Origin: Adineta vaga
Taxonomy: Eukaryota; Animalia; Rotifera
Direction: 5' to 3'
Length of the DNA stretch: 64,000 nt
Assembly: GCA_021613535.1 (NCBI GenBank)
Contig: CP075496.1
Location: forward strand, 9,362,001 to 9,426,000
This document shows positions 22,217 through 34,527 of the stretch, piece by piece. Each line of letters opens with the position of its first letter. Within the stretch, counting starts at the first letter, position 1. The position numbers were made by a program, and so were the translations under genes. The notes below the pieces were generated by a model. That model worked only from the letters and a program-made list of their open reading frames with translations, was not told the DNA's origin and did no database searches.

Positions 22217-23999
22217 ATGAAAACTAAATCTCTATGTTATCAATGTGGACAACCGGGGCATATTGCTCGACTTTGTCCTCAGAAAAATTATGAGCTTAAA
22301 GTTGAAACTCGAACTTCGTACGTTACATCTTATTTATTTCACTTCAGGTGAAAAAATTAATAACTCTTGGATGATGTTTATTTTTAGTCAAATCGGTCAC
22401 CAACGTAGTCATTTAGAACATGCATATGATAGAAACCTATTCATGTCAGTACAGTGTTTTCAATGCGGATGGTATGGTCACTTTGCGCGAGATTGTACGA
22501 TGAAAACGAAACGGTATTGTCACAAAAATGCAAAGACAACAGCAAAAAATCAACAACAGTCGTTATCTTCTACGACTATTCCTAAAGGTAAGTTCTAATG
22601 AAAATGTGTCATAATCACATTACAAATGTGGATAATGCCTTCTTAGCAATCCATCAAACAAATGCAGCAACATCATCCACTCAAAATCATCGCATTCGTA
22701 AAGACATTATACAAAACGTGTCGGTAAGTAGAATATTTCTTCGTATACATAGTTCGTTAATAGAGCTAATTATATTTTGAAAGTATCTCTCACAATATGA
22801 AACCTACTGCAAATAGGCTTTTTTTAGTAGCACCTAAACTAGAATTATACTTTCATTTTTAGAATGATCGACGTTTGACAACTAATAGACGGAATCGAAA
22901 TACAAATCTGGAAGCACTAGCCAATGAGCTTTTGTTCAATGTATTTGAATACCTTTCAACCGGACATCTTCTCAATGCATTCCATGATCTCAATTCCCAT
23001 TTTGATACACTACTGTTCGCGCATTTTCGTGTTTGTCACTTAGATTTTCAGGCGATGTTGCAATCTAATCTAAAACAAATATGTCAGCGATATCTCTCAT
23101 TGATTAAAGATCGAATGGCTTCAGTTCGAATCTCTGATCAAAATCATAAAATGAAGCAAACGCAACTTTTATCATTAAACAGTGTGAATTTACGTCATTT
23201 CAATCATTTAAGATCAATAACATTGTGTCATATTTCTTCCGAACAAAGAATGAATAAAATAATGACTGATTGGTCTTATCTAAATTGTCTTACTCGTCTT
23301 AAGATAATAAAATGTCATTCATCGTTTCCATATCGACGATCTATTGACCTATCCAACATCATTTGGAGTTTACCTAAACTAACCCATATCTATCTGGATA
23401 CCGACTATCACAAATTCTACATGCCTGAAATAAGATCATTGTCGATTGAATATGTGGGTATTGTAGGTCATTGTTCTCGGTTAGAAGATATAGTTCAACT
23501 GATAAAAAAGACAACGTCTGTTCGTGGTCTATGCATAAGCCATCGTGATCTTAACGACGACCAATATTTTACATCACCTATTCTATCAATAACTACGTTG
23601 AAACTTTACGACATACATTCACGAGAAGTACTGATGAATCTACTACAAACAATGATCAATCTATGTCATTTAACTGTCGAAACGTACTATCTTAATTTAG
23701 ATGGTTATCAATGGGAACAGATCATTACTCAATATTTACCGAAACTACAAGTTTTCCGACTAAAAATGGATATTCAACTTACTGGGAAAAGAAACAATGA
23801 ACAAGAAGACGGTATACTTCTCGATTCATTTCGGCACCGTTTCTGGCTTGAGGAACATCGATGGTATGTTCGTTGTCATCGAAAATCACAACATAATTAT
23901 AGTGACATACTTATCTACACACCATTGTTGTTCAACAATGTCAACACAAATACAGTAGATTGTCCATTTAAATCGACTTGTCCCAGTGACAGAACTTAG
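22217..23999 (+). CDS. Double CCHC zinc-knuckle / F-box / LRR-like fusion protein, 4 coding exons, C-terminally shortened
   Basis: Exons 22217-22317 (CYQCGQPGHIARLC), 22388-22587 (CFQCGWYGHFARDC), 22647-22723 and 22863-23999 (F-box LEALANELLFNVFEYL). All introns are GT-AG and phases 2, 1, 0 match. Confidence 0.78.
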
Positions 24000-24705
24000 T
24001 CAACTTCATTCAAATCCAATCGAATATGATTGTGTTGTTTACCTATCTTTGGACACAAATTTCGCTTGTACCCTATCCTTTCTGTTTTTGATAAATTCGA
24101 TCAGTACAGTGTGTTTATCTTTATTAATATATGATATTTACCGTTTTTTTTACAAAGGATTATTGTATGTTTCGTAACGTCACAAAAAAATACTCAACTC
24201 AATGATTCAAGATAAGATCATGGAAAAAGCGATATCAAATACATGGAGAGTAACGAAAGAAAAATATCATACTGAATACCTATGATAACTGACTAAAAGA
24301 AGCACACACAATGCATAATAAGAATAAATGACTTGTTCGTATAAGAAAAACACGACATCAGTGAATATTCGATAATAAATAATTCACGTATTCTAGTTCT
24401 CCTCATTTAATTTATCATGAAATGACAAAGACATGAATAGAATAGAAATTTATCACATGGTCAAATTAATCTATATTCATAATCGATCAAAGTAAAAAGA
24501 AACATTTGCGAAAGACATGAAATTCGATAAATGATAATAAACCAAAATAGAATCAACACCAAACATGATCATTATACTATTAAGTTACACACTGTTTCCT
24601 AGTTCAACGGTACCTGAAAGAAATTGTTTTTCTTTTGGATTTCCTTTTTTTATATATAAATGACGAATTTCATTTTCTACTTGACGTATTTAATACAGTT
24701 GACTG

Positions 24706-25818
24706 ATGCTTTCAACTAAATGTATGTCAATAGTATTCAAGAATAATAGTTCAGATTTGCTTGCCGCTGCTAGTGCCTACACTCAAAGTGGTGTTCTATT
24801 TGTTGAATGTTGGGCATTGATCATGTTAGTTTTTGGTGGTATAGGACATTTGATGTCCATTTATGTGTTCACTCATCCTGCATTATGCAACAATCCATGC
24901 TCCATGTACTTTCTAGCAGCAACATTTGCTGGTCTCTTTGTGACATGTTTCAATCAACCAGTACGATTACTTCAAGTCGCTTTTAACAGTATTGATCCGG
25001 CAGCCCACTCAATAGTGTTCTGTAAGATACCATGGTTTCTACTCTATACATCACAGTATGTCTTATGATAATCTGTCTCAACATATATATATATGTATAT
25101 GAAGACTTTATTTTTTCATCCATTTCTTCTTAGATCCTTAGCACTTTGGTTTCTAGTCTTAGCATGTGTAGATCGTTTTTGGTGTAGTTCTGCGTCAACT
25201 GGTGCTCGTCGATGGAGTAGTATTCGAGTCGCCATTCGAGCAATCATTATTACTGTCATATTGATGAGTTTGGGTTATTCACATCTATTTGCTTTCTCAG
25301 TTATTGAATATATTCCGGCACTTCAACAATATTCGTGCAATAGCCAAAGTGGTATCTATCGAATACTCTTTGCACTTTGGAATTTGGTTATTTTCAGTCT
25401 TAGTCCACCAATTTTGATGTTTGTGTTCAGTCTCTTAACATTACGACATCTACATCAAGCAAAACGAATACACGACCATCCTCTAAGTACTAATCATAGT
25501 GGAATATTAGCAAGCAGAAATTCGAATTATATGATGCGCAGTATAAATCGACATGTCTTACGAATGTTACTGGTTCAATGTTTGGTAATTATTATTACAG
25601 GTGCACCTTTTTCCACTGGATGGTCATATGTATCGTCGACTAGCAATCAAAAGAAAGATGTACTTCAACTAGCCAAAGAAAGTTTATTGATCAACGTTGT
25701 GGGTTATTTGTCAGTAACAGGATCATGTATCAGTTTCTATCTGTTCACTTTGTCAAGTAGTCTTTTTCGATGTGAACTGATGGGTTTATTTAAATGGCGT
25801 ATTTGTCATCGACAATAA
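24706..25818 (+). CDS. Rhodopsin-like GPCR, 2 exons
   Basis: Seven hydrophobic segments; NNPCSMYFLAA, FCK, LACVDRF and SFYLFTLSSSLFR. Intron 25056-25133. Confidence 0.88.
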
Positions 25819-26624
25819 TATGAATTCAAATTTGGCAACTATATATACTTTCTTTCTATATTCTCTATTAATATTGTCTTTGTAATAACAATTAATTTTA
25901 TTCGTCATTCTTTGGATTTCATATCAAAATAAATATTGTATTTAATTTAGTTTTTATGTCGAACTATATAGTTGTGTTATCTTGCATACTTTTGTAATCC
26001 ATGATTCTATGTAATTTCCGTTCATTATTAGTAGTAGATGCAGTAAAAGTGTGATAGAAAAATGTTCAAAACTTCTCTTTTCTACTACTCTTTCTAAAGT
26101 AAAACTTATCAGATGTAAGCTAATTAGTTATGGTATTTTCTTCATACTCTTTCTCGAGAATGCTGTCACTTCACTTTACCAACAGCTTCAAACTGATTTC
26201 AATAAATCACTAGTAATGCATTCAAATGTTGTGATGTGATCGAAAACTAGTTGGTGCGGAAAAAGGATAAAAATAAGAAGCATCAGAACAAGCAGTTCTT
26301 CCAGAGAAAAAAATCGATTATGCTTTGAATGCATTACAAGTTATTTTTCAATTCAAGATGAATCTACAGAAATATCTCGAGAGTGTAGTTGCGGTTAAAA
26401 CAACTATTTCACACACTCACCTACACCCTATATACTTTCATAATGATGGTGCAAGTACAGGTATGTTTTATTTGAATGTTTCTTTAAAAAAAGTACGTGA
26501 TGCGTCACTCGTCAATAGCATATAATAAATCACACATTTCTGGAGAGTAATTGCACAACGATTCTTTTTTGGTTGCAGAAACGACTATATTTTCCAATTT
26601 TCAATCATATAAATTATAATAAAG

Positions 26625-28190
26625 ATGGAATCTATACCCGATGAATTATTTCTATCAATTTTTCGTTATCTTGATAAATTCGACTTAATCTGTGCATTCA
26701 ATAATTTAAATCAACGTTTTCAACATCTTACTCAATCATATGTATATCACATTAATTTAATTCAAGGAAACATTTTTTATAAACAATTTCAACATTTCTG
26801 TTATAATATTCTTCCATCTCAACAAAAAATAATACGATCTCTTCAGTTCGATCAATGTCAACAACTTCAATTGTTTCGTCCTCATATTCGTCAATTGATT
26901 AATCTCGAATCTTTAACTTTAAAATTACATGAAACTTATGATTACACTCCTGATGTACTCAGACATTTTCTTATCGATGCTTTATCATTAGTATCGTTGC
27001 GTGAACTTTCAATTTCTGTTCGAGGTAGTCGAACAGTATTGAAAACAATTTCATCCTTTGCAACATCAAATTTGCAAACATTGACATTATTACATTCACA
27101 TACTTGTCCAGATTTTTATGACATCTTACCAATGCCGTATATCAAATATTTTTCATGTACTGTACAATCAATTAAAACATTAGAAAATGTATTTCAAACT
27201 ATGATAAATCTCAAAGAATTGAACTTATCCGTATCCGAATGCAATAATATCAATTATTTGAATTGTTTAAAAATACCAAAAACATTTGAAAAACTACATC
27301 TAGAATGTGGACGATATGGGTGTGATCAATTTCAAAATTTACATGTAATGAGACAATTGTTCAATATATTTAAAAATAAATTTCAATCATTGAAACCTAT
27401 TGAATCACATGATAAAAAGAAGTTTTTCACCATTTCTCTTGATCATGAAAACATGCAAATCGTATTTAATAATGGTCAATTTCAACCATTTGATCTTATA
27501 TCTCGACGAGTAACATTAAAATATGGTTTTTCATCAACACTTTCTTCACAACAATTAATATATTGTACACTACTAGAAATTCCTTATATTTCTTCTAGTC
27601 AAGTTCTGCCCAATATAGATACATTCAAAGACAATATCAAATTTGTGAATTTGAAGAAAATTATATTTACTCTTCTGAATGAAGATATTGTGCCTAACAT
27701 GTATCAGTATTTATCGAAAATTATTGATCATTCTCCAAATCTAAATACTCTAACTATTAGTATTCGGAAAATGCAACTAGTAATAGAACATTTGCTTCAA
27801 TTAATTTCTCCGAAACACGCTTATCAAATAACTGATATTGAATTTGAAACAAGTTGGCATCATTCTACTTACGAAGCAACATTCTTCTTTAAATTATCAC
27901 AAATTCTACCAAATTTGAAATCAATTACTTTCACAAGTTATAAACAATTTATTAATCATTATCCGATAACATTGAATAATTTATTAGAAGATTTACAAGT
28001 TTATTTTAAAAAATTAGTTCATTTTAAATTATTAATGTATTTAAATCTTGAGATGAATCAAAACGCATTTGAAAGTTATAAGAAATCTTTAGATGAACAA
28101 CAACAACAACAGAATGATAATAGATTTTATTATACAGTAAAGAAATTCAAAACAGGTCACCGAAGGATTTGTCTTAATATATGGATCTGA
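26625..28190 (+). CDS. F-box/LRR-like protein
   Basis: MESIPDELFLSIFRYLDKFDLICAFNNLNQRF, followed by degenerate LxxLxL repeats and terminal IWI. Intronless, 521 aa. Confidence 0.88.
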   Translation: MESIPDELFLSIFRYLDKFDLICAFNNLNQRFQHLTQSYVYHINLIQGNIFYKQFQHFCYNILPSQQKIIRSLQFDQCQQLQLFRPHIRQLINLESLTLKLHETYDYTPDVLRHFLIDALSLVSLRELSISVRGSRTVLKTISSFATSNLQTLTLLHSHTCPDFYDILPMPYIKYFSCTVQSIKTLENVFQTMINLKELNLSVSECNNINYLNCLKIPKTFEKLHLECGRYGCDQFQNLHVMRQLFNIFKNKFQSLKPIESHDKKKFFTISLDHENMQIVFNNGQFQPFDLISRRVTLKYGFSSTLSSQQLIYCTLLEIPYISSSQVLPNIDTFKDNIKFVNLKKIIFTLLNEDIVPNMYQYLSKIIDHSPNLNTLTISIRKMQLVIEHLLQLISPKHAYQITDIEFETSWHHSTYEATFFFKLSQILPNLKSITFTSYKQFINHYPITLNNLLEDLQVYFKKLVHFKLLMYLNLEMNQNAFESYKKSLDEQQQQQNDNRFYYTVKKFKTGHRRICLNIWI

Positions 28191-28600
28191 CTTCAAAGCA
28201 AAATAATGATGATTATTATCTGTTTTATATACAATATCTTCGAACATTTTTGTTTTTGAAAGTGAAAAGATCTTGAAGGTGTAGAATGAGACAAGATGAA
28301 AGAAAATAGTGAGAAACTCGTCCCTATATATAATAGATACTCTTTTTGGATTCTGATAGTTCTTACATTAAACTGGTTTTACTATATATTTAATTAGTTA
28401 TATAATCTTCAACCATACATTTGCGTCATCTTTAATGTTAATTCTCTTCTTTTCTTCTGACATGGTACAACAGTATGAAATAAGATTCAGAATTGTAATT
28501 TCACATTGTTATTGACAGTACATGCAATGACAAACTCTTAAAACAAACATATAAAATAATGAAAATTTTTTACATACATTAATTGGAAATCTTTCGTAGG

Positions 28601-30201
28601 ATGTCTTTACTTAAACATTTAACAACTACAACTGAAATTGAACAATCATCATCATCAATAATTGATCTAACAGATGAAAATCCTGATTTGAATTGAATAT
28701 GATGTATTTAAGTGGAACGATTCGATCAAAAGTGAATCGGTAGGAGAAAATGAACAATGCAACTATATGAAATAAATGTAAACAAGAAGCATTGAACCAA
28801 AACATTCATATAGAGAAACGAATTGATTATGTTTCAGCTGAATTAGAATATTATTCTTCAATTAAAGATGGATCTCTAGAAATGTCTGCTGTTGATGGTG
28901 TATGGCAAAGTGATGGTTTAATACTGGTTAATATCAAAGAATCATTAATTACAAATATAGCATCATTCGAAAATGTGCCGGAACAAGAAAAAGATTGGCA
29001 TCCTAATACGAATCAACAAATATTAGATCTGGTTCATCCATCATTATTTTGTCTTATTAATGAAGTTTCAAGAATTATTATTGATCAAAATCAATTGGTT
29101 AATCTTTAAAATGCTATAGAACATATCGGTGACGGAGAAATTATTGATATGAACTCAAAAGCTAATATATCATCAATAAAAATGCAAAGAAGAGTATCAT
29201 CGAGTTATACGCGATCGAATACATATCAATGGTTACCAGCTGGATTTAGTGTTTCCCCAACTGGTCAAGTTAAAATTGAATCTTATATTAATAATTTACA
29301 TCCTATTGAACAAATTTTTGAATATGTTTTTTTCCTTTATTTAACAAAGTTTTAACAGATTTAATTGATGTGAAACCCAATCGACTCAAAATGGACCCAT
29401 ATAATTGGTATGATCAATCAGATGAAAACGATCTTGAAGTAGATAGTGATGATGATGATCCAATGGAGTCTTTGTCATTAAATATCCGTGATTTAACTAA
29501 ATTTCAAATGCCTATATTGTCATCTTGAAAAATCGATTTACCTGGAAGAAAATTACAAATTATTGTTAACTTAGCAAATATTATTTTAACACCAGATAAT
29601 CGAACAAATGATGGTGGTGTTTGGCATGTTGAAGGAATGGAAAATGAACATTGTTGCTTCAGGAATATATTACTATTCAAGTTCAAATCTGACTCAATCA
29701 GATTTACAATTTCGAACAGCTATATGTGAACCATATTATGGACAAGATGATCATCGAGGTCTTCGAAGAGTCTATGGTTTGGCTGATGAAAGTCCATTGA
29801 ATCAATTATTAGGTTCAGTAATTACACAAGAAAATCGTTGTATTGCATTTCCAAATATTTACCAACATCGTGTAGCACCATTTCAGTTGAAAGATCCGAC
29901 ACAACTAGGTGTGCGCAAAATTCTTGTCTTTTTTCTAGTAGATCCATCACTTCGAGCTATATCAACTGCTCATGTTCCGCCACAACAATTTCAATGGTAT
30001 CACAATATAATCCGTAATATTACTCCCTTTGATCAATTAACATCCATAGTCATTGATAGAATTTTGAATTATGTTGATTATCCGATGACATTATAGGAAG
30101 CAAAACAATATCGAGAAAAATTAATGGTAGAAAGAAAATATTTTATTGCACAAAATACCAAATTATCATTTGAAAGACCGTTTTCATTATGTGAACATTA
30201 A
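28601..30201 (+). pseudogene. DUF4246-family (fungal/actinobacterial, 2OG-Fe(II) oxygenase-like) pseudogene
   Basis: Ordered motifs DWHPNTNQQILDLVHPSLF, YQWLP, SYINNLHP, LQIIVNLANIILTP, GGVWHVEGMENE, IVASGIYYY, IAFPNIYQHRVAPF, RKILVFFLVDP and FERPFSLCEH*. Several nonsense codons and frameshifts. Confidence 0.88.
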
Positions 30202-31214
30202 AGGAATGTAAAAGTTTTTTTCGTGTTTTTACTGGAACCCAAAAATTTGTATTTTTATATTAATAAAGCAGATGACTTTACCATTGAGGATAGATATGTA
30301 AGTTTACGTTTTGGTATATAGAATCAAAGATGAATTAATGTGAAGAACGTTACTTGTAGAGAAGACTATGAAACTGAAAGTTCAGCTATCACAATAACGA
30401 AATATAGTAAGTAGAATTTGGTTTGGTAACGATTCTAAAGTCATCAAGTTATTAGTTGACCAAGGACATTATTTTATTTTATTTTTCTTTGTTTTTTTAA
30501 CGAACGGTATGCATTAGAATGTTTTGTTTTTTGGATCGATCAGCAATGACATCTAATTCTATATAACTTTTCAAAGATGAACACGTGAATGCAGGTTATA
30601 TAATCTATATATAATGAGTTTAGGAGTAAACAATGAAAAAAAAAAGAGTGAATTGTATTACATTTTAATTACGACGAGTGTGTACTTATCATTTGCGTCT
30701 AATGGTACAAGAAACAAATGATTTTCGTTTTGATCTTTAGAATTCAAATTACACAGATCATTCACTATGAAACGATCAACTAAAATCTAATATCTACTTC
30801 GTTTCAAAATCGCATATAAAATAAACTTATTTTGTAAGATTTTGATTGTGTTTGAAATGTTTAAAAATTTTCGAGTGTCATCGATGAAGTAGAATTGAAA
30901 ATATTTGATATTCAATAAACATTTTTAACACTCAAATAAAATTGCGTTAAATGTATATATTTGTTTCTTTGTTATTTTGATTTATCAATAGTGGTTGAAT
31001 CAATATTCTCATTTTTTGTTCTCTTTTCTGTTGGTGATAATGATTTCACTTACAATGAGAACCATTTTTTAACGACTTCTCAACTTACATCTGATGCACC
31101 ACATGACGACAGAGAATGAGAAATTCCAATAACTTTATTCAAGGAAATTTCCAGACAAATATTCTCACATAAATATGGACATGTTTCACCATCCAAGTTA
31201 TCTTATACGTATAT

Positions 31215-32006
31215 ATGGCTGCAATATTTGATACGCATGAAACACAAAATACATCTGACAATTACAATCAAATGTTGGATAATTTTATCAAAAAACGATT
31301 AAATCTTGTTCAAAATGATGCACATCCATGTTTACAGAAAAAGCTTTGCAAAAAAGGTTCACAATGTCCCTTTATCGGTTTACCAAATGATACGTGTTTA
31401 TTTCATCTGACAGACGAGTGTAACTATGGAAAAAAATGTCGATATACTCATTATGATGAATATGCAAAAATATACAAAGATGCAAAACACGAATTTAAAA
31501 AGATGCTGGAAGAAATGCGTTTAAATGCTAAAAAAGCTATAGAACTCGACAAAGAATGGTTGGATCAAAATACACGTGTATGTCCAAAGTGCACTGTACC
31601 AGTAGAAAAGATCAATGGTTGTCCATCAATGTCATGCCCAGTTTGTCAAATACAGTTCAATTGGGATCAAATGAAATATGCAAAAGGTGCTGCTAATCTA
31701 CACAAATTTGATCGAGCACTAAATGAAGCAGAAAATCTACGTTTACGACCATTGTCTGAACAGAAGATTAATGTGATCGTTATTGCATCGGCAGGAAAAG
31801 GATATAGTATAAATCTTGCATTATCCGATGCTCAAGTGGAAGACATTATGAAAGAAATGGAAGAACGAACGAAGATTCCAGTTAACCGACAGCGAATGAT
31901 ATCTTGTGGGAAAGAATTATGCAAAGAAAAATCAATCGCAGAATATGCCATTAAGAATGGCAGTATTATTTTCTTAGTTCAACGCTTACCTGGTGGGTCG
32001 AATTAA
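31215..32006 (+). CDS. CCCH zinc finger + RBR RING2(Rcat)-like + C-terminal ubiquitin-like domain protein
   Basis: CLFHLTDECNYGKKCRYTH (C-x7-C-x5-C-x3-H); EWLDQNTRVCPKCTVPVEKINGCPSMSCPVC; IPVNRQRMISCGKEL…YAIKNGSIIFLVQRLPGGSN*. Intronless, 263 aa. Confidence 0.88.
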   Translation: MAAIFDTHETQNTSDNYNQMLDNFIKKRLNLVQNDAHPCLQKKLCKKGSQCPFIGLPNDTCLFHLTDECNYGKKCRYTHYDEYAKIYKDAKHEFKKMLEEMRLNAKKAIELDKEWLDQNTRVCPKCTVPVEKINGCPSMSCPVCQIQFNWDQMKYAKGAANLHKFDRALNEAENLRLRPLSEQKINVIVIASAGKGYSINLALSDAQVEDIMKEMEERTKIPVNRQRMISCGKELCKEKSIAEYAIKNGSIIFLVQRLPGGSN

Positions 32007-32344
32007 TATAACTTATTATATTTCATTGAAAAATAATAGTTCCAAACATATTTGTCTGCGAACATATAACGAATAAATATATTTCATGCTAATAAAAGAA
32101 TCTATACCTAACATTCTTTTTTTATAAAAGAATACTCTCAAATGAACATCGAAATGTTTGTCGTACTGAAATCGACCTAAAAAGATGTAGTATTGAAGCT
32201 GAACTTATATTGTTGCTATAGATTGATATCGATCAAATGATAATGATATAAAATATTTCAACCTGACTATTTTTTGATAACGAATTATAAAAATAATTGA
32301 ACGTTCTTTTTATTTTATTACCCACACCTATACAATGTGACATA

Positions 32345-33424
32345 TCATAAATTGTTCATTTGAAAAGAAGATTTGACTTGTTGTCGATCATGGTAAATTT
32401 GTTGTTGACAAAGGCATTGCCTTTGACATCGTTGAATCAAGCGACCAATTTCATTACGAAATGCTTTGCCCGATAAACAATAAACATAAAAATTCAATGA
32501 ACAATTTATCAAAACTGATAATATCACCCACCACGATTCGTGTGCTTCACGAGCAATAAAATGTCCAACAATATGTGAAAAAAGTGAGGCAAGAAACAGT
32601 AATGAATGAAGAACAAGTACAATATTCATCCATGATCTTGTTTCGGACTGTCTTTTGTATGATCTATGACTAATTCTTTTCGATAGACGATGATGTGTTT
32701 GAAAAAGCTGATAGTTTATAATACAGTTAAACAAAATAATCACTCCAGTTGGAATTAATTCCGAAAACAAACATCGAATAGTAAAATGATTAAATCCTAA
32801 ATTAAGTTGATGAAAATATCGTTGCCATTCTTTCGATGCATTCAAATTAACTACACAGATCATTCGAATTGATGTTGAATTCAATCCATTATTATTAGTA
32901 TGTATTAACATTTGTGGTTGAAACATGTACACAGGAGGTCCAATTACACAAATTAATATTATAATAATTAGCCCACTTGGAACGATGAATTTCATTTTAA
33001 TTGACTTACATCGATTAAATATTAATTTTAATCGTGTTGATACACACATTAAACGTTCAAACATCCAGAATAATGTAATCCAAGATGAAATAACTCGGAA
33101 TGAAAATGTTAATTCATAGAATTTGCAAAACCACCAATAATTTCCCACTAATTCATGAATAATATATCGTATTGATGAATGAAGAAGAGCAGAATATCGA
33201 ATGACACAAAGAAGATTTGTAATCGAACTACAAGTTGCCAGAAATGCATACATAGATGATGTTCTCCACGAACGACGAGATAGTGAGAAGATAAAAAGTC
33301 CTAACACATTTCCAATAATACCTAGGAGAACTAAAATGTAACATAATATATTAATTATTTGTTTCTGCCAAGGAAAAAATATTTTTTCTTCAAAAAGGAT
33401 TGATGCAGGTCCATTATTTGACAT
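32345..33424 (-). CDS. Rhodopsin-like GPCR
   Basis: LGIIGNVL, FCK, MFERL, ELIP and INCSLNFYVYCLSGKAFR. Seven TM segments; first ATG at 33424. Intronless. Confidence 0.88.
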   Translation of the reverse strand: MSNNGPASILFEEKIFFPWQKQIINILCYILVLLGIIGNVLGLFIFSLSRRSWRTSSMYAFLATCSSITNLLCVIRYSALLHSSIRYIIHELVGNYWWFCKFYELTFSFRVISSWITLFWMFERLMCVSTRLKLIFNRCKSIKMKFIVPSGLIIIILICVIGPPVYMFQPQMLIHTNNNGLNSTSIRMICVVNLNASKEWQRYFHQLNLGFNHFTIRCLFSELIPTGVIILFNCIINYQLFQTHHRLSKRISHRSYKRQSETRSWMNIVLVLHSLLFLASLFSHIVGHFIAREAHESWWVILSVLINCSLNFYVYCLSGKAFRNEIGRLIQRCQRQCLCQQQIYHDRQQVKSSFQMNNL

Positions 33425-34527
33425 GATTAGTTTTGTTTTATTTTCTTCGTCTAAAATTAACAATAGTGCAAATAATAATCAATGAAAACTTTATACCTTT
33501 TCTTTTAATAGTTCATCCTTATTCAATAGAAAATCTTATCACTCACGATAAACACATGTTCTTGTCATCTATAATTATCCAACAACTTTTATATCGAATT
33601 TCTGTTACAAATCATTAACATAGCTTTAAGAACAACGTTTCACAATTGAGCACATCACTTAAACATGTTCCTCCTATTCATCATGACATATTTAAAAGCG
33701 ACTCATCACTCATCTTCTCACATCGTTTTTTCTTTCTTATCATTGTTACATGAAATATACATTCTTTCTGGAACTAAAATGTTCATATATTTTGTTAGAC
33801 ATTGTCAAGATCTGTTCTTGAAATCCTATGTTCTCCTATGTTAACCATGAAAAGAACGAAAATATTTAAGACATTAAACATTATGACAGATTACATTTAT
33901 AGAATATGTCATCATGATAAACATGCATTGTCAGTGCAAAAGGTGTGCTAAATCTCTTTACTTCATCAATAAACATCGTGCATTTGTAACATTAAGAAGG
34001 ACAAATGTGAATTAGAGAAAATATTCATTGATTCTGGCAGATTTTTTTCCGCTAAGAAACAATTATATGATTGAAACCGATTCACATATCTGCAATCATT
34101 ATAACATAACGATGAATAAAATTTCTATCCAATGTTAAACGAATATATTGTTGATAAATGGCAGTATTATATAAATTTCATTTTTTATTTTTAGCTAACA
34201 CAGAAAAAGGACAAAGAAAAATTTAAATAGAAAGCAAGAACAGACGACAAACATGCTTATTGTATTTGATCGAAATAAAAGAAAGAGAGTAATACATCAG
34301 AATAAACAAATTTTTCTTTTTTTTCTTTTTCTGTAAGATGTATGTATTATATTATTCCATAACAATAGTGCTTCGTCATCTTGTTTTGTAGTCTTTATAG
34401 GAAGTAGAGTAACATAATGAATCATTGAAGAATCATGCCAAAATTGAATTTTTGATGAGGGACATTATATAACTATGAGCATTTATCTATTTTATCTTTC
34501 TAGAAAAGTAACGACACTGTATTAATT

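Noticed and set aside
22217-22598. Retrotransposon gag suggested by CCHC knuckles
   Set aside because: The knuckles are separated by spliceosomal introns, and no capsid, protease, RT, integrase or LTR is nearby.
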